Shown: one piece after another, positions 57,197 to 64,000 of the stretch
Layout of the letters: every line of letters starts with the position of its first letter
Numbering within the stretch: the first letter of the stretch is position 1
Notes under the pieces: model-generated
The model's input: the letters and a program-made list of their open reading frames with translations, nothing else
What the model was told of the DNA's origin: nothing
Databases searched by the model: none
Made by a program: the position numbers and the translations under genes
Source of the DNA: Eledone cirrhosa
Lineage: Eukaryota
DNA: 64,000 bases
NCBI GenBank assembly: GCA_964016885.1
Contig: OZ024747.1
Location: 7,998,001 to 8,062,000, forward strand
Direction: 5' to 3'

Positions 57197-57293
57197 AGAC
57201 ATATCTGAGGATGTTGTGATTTCAGAGTCAGGTTTGATCATTGCATCGATCGTGCCTCGAGCTGGTTGCCAGAGAAACGATTGTAATATGTCT
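57197..57293 (+). ncRNA. Type I hammerhead with long stem II (H5, second member)
   Basis: AGACATAT-CTGAGGA-[62 nt]-GAAA-CGATTG-TA-ATATGTCT; shares CAGAGTCAGGTTTGATC and TGCCTCGAG with 39740-39828. Confidence 0.72.
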
Positions 57294-57337
57294 AAGAAAT
57301 CTTATTCGTCGCACCACGATTCTCCGTTTCTTATGTG

Positions 57338-57391
<54 letters not shown>

Positions 57392-57879
57392 AGATAGAGA
57401 GATAGATAGAGAGAGAGAGAGAGAGTGAGAAGCTATTAGTTTATATTTATTGGATATCTTTAAACTTAATGAATAGGTTCCATCTATTTACATAAAAGAG
57501 CCTTATTTAAACATTTTCTTTTTAGAGTTTCATACACACTACTTTGTTTCCAATGTATGTATGTATGTATGTATGTATGTATGTATGTATGTATGTATGT
57601 ATATATGTATGTAAACATGTATGTAAGCATTGATGTAAGCATGTATGTAAGCATGTATGCATGTATGTATGTGTGTATACATGTGTGTATGTATGTAAGC
57701 CTGTATGTATGTAAGCATGTATGTATGTAACCATGTATGTATGTATATATGTATGTATATATGTGTGTGTATATGTGTGTATGTATGTTTGTGTGTATAT
57801 GTATTTACATATGTATGTACATATGTGTATATATTTGTGTATGAATGTATGTATGTATGTATGTATGTATGTATGTATG

Positions 57880-57910
<31 letters not shown>

Positions 57911-58123
57911 GCATGTATGTATGTAAGCATGTAACCATGTATGTCTGTAAGCATGTATGTATGTATGTATATATGTATGTATATATCTGTATGTATGTGT
58001 GTATGTATATGTATGTAAGCATGTATGTATGTATATTTGTATATAAAGAAGAAATTAAAAGATGGTTAAAAAAGTTCCATATATTTTATTATGCGCATTT
58101 CGAAAACAATATCATCCTGGGAC

Positions 58124-60550
58124 TTGTCATAGTAATAGCTACCATCATTGTCATAGTAATAGCTACCATCATTGTCATAGTAATAGCTACCATCATTGTC
58201 ATAGTAATAGCTACCATCATTGTCATAGTAATAGCTACCATCATTGTCATAGTAATAGCTATCATCATTGTCATAATAATAGCTATCACCATTGTCATAG
58301 TAATAGCTACCATCATTGTCATAGTAATAGCTACCATCATTGTCATAGTAATAGCTATCATCATTGTCATAGTAATAGCTACCATCATTGTCATAGTAAT
58401 AGCTACCATCATTGTCATAGTAATAGCTACCATCATTGTCATAGTAATAGCTATCATCATTGTCATAGTAATAGCTATCATCATTGTCATAGTAATAGCT
58501 ACCATCATTGTCATAGTAATAGCTATCATCATTGTCATAGTAATAGCTACCATCATTGTCATAGTAATAGCTACCACCATTGTCATAATAATAGCTATCA
58601 CCATTGTCATAATAATAGCTATCACCATTGTCATAGTAATAGCTATCATCATTGTCATAGTAATAGCTACCATCATTGTCATAGTAATAGCTACCATCAT
58701 TGTCATAGTAATAGCTACCATCATTGTCATAGTAATAGCTACCATCATTGTCATAGTAATAGCTACCATCATTGTCATAGTAATAGCTATCATCATTGTC
58801 ATAATAATAGCTATCACCATTGTCATAGTAATAGCTACCATCATTGTCATAGTAATAGCTACCATCATTGTCATAGTAATAGCTATCAGCATTGTCATAG
58901 TAATAGCTACCATCATTGTCATAGTAATAGCTACCATCATTGTCATAGTAATAGCTACCATCATTGTCATAGTAATAGCTATCATCATTGTCATAGTAAT
59001 AGCTATCATCATTGTCATAGTAATAGCTACCATCATTGTCATAGTAATAGCTATCATCATTGTCATAGTAATAGCTACCATCATTGTCATAGTAATAGCT
59101 ACCACCATTGTCATAATAATAGCTATCACCATTGTCATAATAATAGCTATCACCATTGTCATAGTAATAGCTATCATCATTGTCATAGTAATAGCTACCA
59201 TCATTGTCATAGTAATAGCTACCATCATTGTCATAGTAATAGCTACCATCATTGTCATAGTAATAGCTATCACCATTGTCATAATAATAGCTATCATCAT
59301 TGTCATAGTAATAGCTACCACCATTGTCATAATAATAGCTATCACCATTGTCATAGTAATAGCTATCACCATTGTCATAGTAATAGCTATCATCATTGTC
59401 ATAGTAATAGCTACCATCATTGTCATAGTAATAGCTACCATCATTGTCATAGTATTAGCTATCACCATTGTCATAATAATAGCTATCATCATTGTCATAG
59501 TAATAGCTATCATCATTGTCATAGTAATAGCTACCATCATTGTCATAGTAATAGCTACCATCATTGTCATAGTAATAGCTATCATCATTGTCATAGTAAT
59601 AGCTACCATCATTGTCATAGTAATAGCTACCATCATTGTCATAGTAATAGCTATCACCATTGTCATAGTAATAGCTATCACCATTGTCATAGTAATAGCT
59701 ATCACCATTGTCATAGTAATAGCTATCACCATTGTCATAGTAATAGCTATCACCATTGTCATAATAATAGCTATCATCATTGTCATAGTAATAGCTATCA
59801 TCATTGTCATAGTAATAGCTACCATCATTGTCATAGTAATAGCTACCATCATTGTCATAGTAATAGCTATCATCATTGTCATAGTAATAGCTATCACCAT
59901 TGTCATAGTAATAGCTATCATCATTGTCATAATAATAGCTATCATCATTGTCATAGTAATAGCTATCACCATTGTCATAGTAATAGCTACCATCATTGTC
60001 ATAGTAATAGCTATCATCATTGTCATAGTAATAGCTATCACCATTGTCATAGTAATAGCTACCATCATTGTCATAGTAATAGCTACCATCATTGTCATAG
60101 TAATAGCTATCACCATTGTCATAGTAATAGCTACCATCATTGTCATAGTAATAGATACCATCATTGTCATAGTAATAGCTATCATCATTGTCATAGTAAT
60201 AGCTATCACCATTGTCATAGTAATAGCTATCACCATTGTCACAGTAATAGCTATCATCATTGTCATAATAATAGCTATCATCATTGTCATAATAATAGCT
60301 ATCATCATTGTCATAATAATAGCTATCATCATTGTCATAATAATAGCTATCACCATTGTCATAATAATAGCTATCATCATTGTCATAGTAATAGCTATCA
60401 CCATTGTCATAATAATAGCTACCATCATTGTCACAGTAATAGCTACCATCATTGTCATAGTAATAGCTATCACCATTGTCATAGTAATAGCTATCATCAT
60501 TGCCATAGTAATAGCTATCACCATTGTCATAGTAATAGCTATCATCATCA
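58124..60550. repeat. 24-bp minisatellite, about 100 copies
   Basis: TTGTCATA(G/A)TAATAGCTA(C/T)CA(T/C)CA. Confidence 0.97.
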
Positions 60551-60852
60551 TTGTCATAACCATCGTCATTGTCATCAGAAAACCCTTACTTAACCTTAGA
60601 CAAAATGTTCACCATAGTTTATACCAGGGACAGGGAACCCTTACTCATTCACACAATGGTCTGTCTGTCTCTCTGTCTGTCCATCCATCTATCTGTTGTC
60701 TGTCTGTTGCCTGTCTCTCTGTTTGCCCATCTGTCTCTCCATCTGTTTATCTGTTGCCTGTCTCTCACTGTCAGTCTATCTGTCTAACTATCTCTCTGTC
60801 TGTCTGTTTATCTGTTGCCTGTCTCTCACTGTCAGTCTATCTGTCTAACTAT

Positions 60853-61672
60853 ATTAGATTGTTGTTGTACACAATGTTTAACAGTTTTTTGTTTCTTGTA
60901 TTTATGTATGTGTATGCATGTTTTTGTTTTTGTGTGGTGTTTTTTGTTTGCTGTTGTTGTGAGCTCTTTTGTGTTGGTGTCAGTGTTATGTTTTGGGGAG
61001 GGTTTTTTTTCATTTGTGTGTCTGAGGTGTGTTTTCTTTTTTTTCTTTTGATTGTGTGGAAGTGCTCCTCCTCGTCTGACGACGAACTAGGGTCATCTTC
61101 CGCGTTGGAGGGGAGGGGTATATTTTCGGGTTGTGTTTGCGGTAGGGGTGTTTTGGAAATTGTTTTTGTTTTTTGAGTGGAGGGGATGGGTTGGACATTG
61201 TTTTGTTTTGGTTTGAGCTGTGGTGGTTGTTTTTGTAGTGGTAGTTGTGGTGATTGTGTTGGTTGTGCAGTTGTTGGTGGTGTAGGCAGGATTGGGGTTT
61301 TCTTATTAAGTTGGGGACAGACAGCCCTCAGGTGACCTCTGGTTCCGCAGAGGTAACACGAGGGCCATCTACCCTCAACGGTAATGTTGATGAAGGTTAG
61401 ATCATCCAGTATGACGCGTTCAGGGATCTGGGCGATCCTTTCGGGCCTCATTTGAACTACAAGTTCGAGGCTCGTTCCACTGAACGCGTCACCCGATGCC
61501 TTTCCCATGGACACCAGCATGTCATCCTCCAGGTCCAGAAAACCTGTCAAAACCCACCATATGTCCATAATCGGCAGGATGGTGTGGATTTTTATTTTTT
61601 GTGTTCTTCTACCCATGTACGTAGGGTAGAAGGTGTATGCGGTGGATGTGATTGGTTTGATGGACAGTTTCA
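60853..61672 (-). pseudogene. Non-LTR retrotransposon ORF1 (gag-like) fragment with zinc knuckle
   Basis: INITVEGRWPS-CYLCGTRGHLRAVC (CX2CX4HX4C), then Pro/Gln-rich and acidic/basic segments. Confidence 0.75.
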
Positions 61673-62342
61673 CTGCTGTCTGTCTGTCCATCTGTTTATC
61701 TGTTGCCTGTCTCTCACTGTCAGTCTATCTGTCTAACTATCTCTCTGTCTGTCTGTCCATCTGTTTATCTGTTGCCTGTCTCTCACTGTCAGTCTATCTG
61801 TCTAACTATCTCTCTGTCTGTCTGTCCATCTGTTTATCTGTTGCCTGTCTCTCACTGTCAGTCTATCTGTCTAACTATCTCTCTGTCTGTCTGTCTGTCT
61901 GTCCATCTGTTTATCTGTTGCCTGTCTCTCACTGTCAATCTATCTGTCTAACTATCTCTCTGTCTGTCTGTCCATCTGTTTATCTGTTGCCTGTCTCTCA
62001 CTGTCAGTCTATCTGTCTAATTATCTCTCTGTCTGTCTGTCTGTCTGTCCATCTGTTTATCTGTTGCCTGTCTCTCACTGTCAGTCTATCTGTCTAACTA
62101 TCTCTCTGTCTGTCTGTCCATCTGTTTATCTGTTGCCTGTCTCTCACTGTCAGTCTATCTGTCTAACTATCTCTCTGTCTGTCTGTCTGTCTGTCCATCT
62201 GTTTATCTGTTGCCTGTCTCTCACTGTCAGTCTATCTGTCTAACTATCTCTCTGTCTGTCTGTCTGTCCATCTGTTTATCTGTTGCCTGTCTCTCACTGT
62301 CAATCTATCTGTCTAACTATCTCTCTGTCATTCTATCTATCT
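61673..62342. repeat. ~69-77-bp TC-rich minisatellite; the same repeat also lies at 60660-60852
   Basis: CCATCTGTTTATCTGTTGCCTGTCTCTCACTGTCAGTCTATCTGTCTAACTAT. Confidence 0.92.
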
Positions 62343-62345
62343 GTG

Positions 62346-64000
62346 TGCGAGGCTTTTCAAAAGCACTTTGCCGAATTGTTCGGAAGGGGTGGGGGGCCGG
62401 TTGGGGACGTGGACTTCGGTCCATACCTCGACGGCCTGCCGCGTCTCTCGGACAGGGAGGGGAAGTCCTGCGAGGAGCCGATTTCAGCCGCTGAGATAGA
62501 GGACGTGCTGAGCCAATGCGGCAAACGCAAATCCCCGGGTCTCGATGGTCTTCCATACGAACTATATCTAGCTATGCCGGACTTGTTCCCCGAACTCCTC
62601 GAGGCGGTCTACTGCAACTGGCGACAGAACGGGAGAATTCCCTGTGCTGTGACCAAGGGCGTAGTCACGCTAGTGAGGAAGGACGAGAACAAGGGGGACG
62701 ATATAAATAATTTCAGGCCCATAACTCTGCTAAATACAGAGTTACAGATTTTGGCCAAGGTGCTAGCAAAGAGGTTGGCGCTTGTCGTGGGCAACCTGGT
62801 GGGAGATGCGCAGACATGTGCTATCCCGTCCAGGTCCATCCACGATAACCTCCACCTCATGCGATACGTCATAGAGAGGGTTGGGAACGAACCCGGCTTT
62901 GGTGGGGCCCTGATCAACTTGGATCAATCTAAGGCATTCGATAGGGTCGACCATGGTTACCTGGATGCGGTGCTAGTGGCGGCAGGCTTCGGACCCGTTT
63001 TCAGGGGCTGGATCAATGCCATGCACAGCAGCCGCATCTGCTCTAGGGTCAAGGTGAACGGCTACCTCTCAGAGCCATTCAAAATCGGGCGGTCCATCCG
63101 ACAGGGGTGCCCTCTCTCCTCCCTTCTGTATGTAGTGATTCTAGAGCCACTGCTGCGGAAGTTGGAGTTGTTGCAGGGCATCCCGTTGGAACCGGGATTG
63201 CGGAAAGCGGTGTCAGCCTACGACGATGACGTAACAGTAATGGTGTCGACGGCCTCGGAAATCGGGGCGATCGGCACCTTACTGGAGGAGTACGAAAGGT
63301 TTACAGGGGCTAAGCTGAACCGGGACAAGTCGATCGGTCTGCAACTCGGCACGTGGAGGGGCAGATCGATGCCCTCCGATGGCGTCGTCGGGCGCTGGAC
63401 GGAGGGCCCGGTGAAATTGCTCGGGGTCTGGTTCGGACCAGACCTCCAGGTGGAGAAGAACTGGGGTGAGGTGGCGAGCAGGGTGTTTGCACTGACCCAG
63501 AAGTGGGCCGAGTGCAAACTGTCCCTGAAAGGTCGGGCGGAGGTGGCGAACACTTATATAGCGTCCGTCATCTACTACCGCCTGACCGTGGTGCCTTGCC
63601 CAAGGGAAACGCTCGCCAAAATGGAGCGCGCACTCTTCCAATTCCTTTGGAAGAGGCGGGCTCCTATGGTGAAGAGATCCATCTGCTGTCAACACCCTTC
63701 GAAAGGAGGGCTGGGGATGCCGTGGCTGATGATACGTAAACACGCATTAAGGCTACGGCACCTTCAGGTATTCCTCTCCGGTCAACCGGTGTGGTCCCCC
63801 GTTTGTGAGGCGAGCCTTTCCCAGACTCGTCTCACTCACCGAGCTGCAATCCTGGGTCAAGCAAAGACCGAGAAAACTGGGCGCCTGGCACACCGAGTGT
63901 GCCCAGGCGCTCACGGCTCTCTGGCAGGCGGACCCGGCTGTCAGTGGAGAATCCACCTCCTCATTCTATAGAGGGCTGGTGGTTAGCAGGTGCGACGACG
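62346..64000 (+). pseudogene. Tx1/L1-type LINE ORF2 reverse transcriptase (5'-truncated, runs off the window)
   Basis: KSPGLDGLP, NFRPITLLN, LDQSKAFDRVDH, IRQGCPLS, AYDDD (YADD altered), KLLG, LSLKGR, GGLG; 1-nt frameshift near 63800, after which another frame stays open to the end. Confidence 0.92.

Noticed and set aside
57721-61176. 1151-aa ORF (and the antisense 828-aa ORF) as membrane or structural proteins
   Set aside because: They are read-throughs of ATGT microsatellite, the 24-bp minisatellite and antisense gag

Overview
Eukaryotic, AT-rich, repeat-saturated DNA with no recognisable host protein-coding gene. The repeat families suggest a cephalopod (octopus-like) intron or intergenic region; that is an inference. 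Nearly all ORFs in the track are microsatellite or minisatellite artefacts. Real coding remnants are a decayed mariner transposase (~1-2 kb), a 5'-truncated but uninterrupted RTE-clade LINE ORF with a PHD-like finger (50.7-52.3 kb), a gag-like zinc-knuckle ORF1 fragment (60.9-61.7 kb), a Tx1/L1-type RT ORF2 (62.3 kb to the end) and CR1/L2, RTE and CRE relics. There are also many tRNA-derived SINEs, piggyBac-, hAT- and pogo-type MITEs, and large minisatellites. The most striking hidden layer is a set of short insertions inside (AT)n tracts. About a dozen carry type I hammerhead-ribozyme motifs of at least 5 unrelated families, ranging from intact to degenerate. Eight show a shared 'fold-back hairpin plus unique tail' architecture. 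Both traits point to Penelope-like element (PLE) pseudo-LTRs. One ribozyme-bearing element is continued by a 50-unit array of its own ~30-nt 3' end separated by variable (AT)n, which resembles a telomerase-like product. Coordinates were read by eye and may be off by a few bases.
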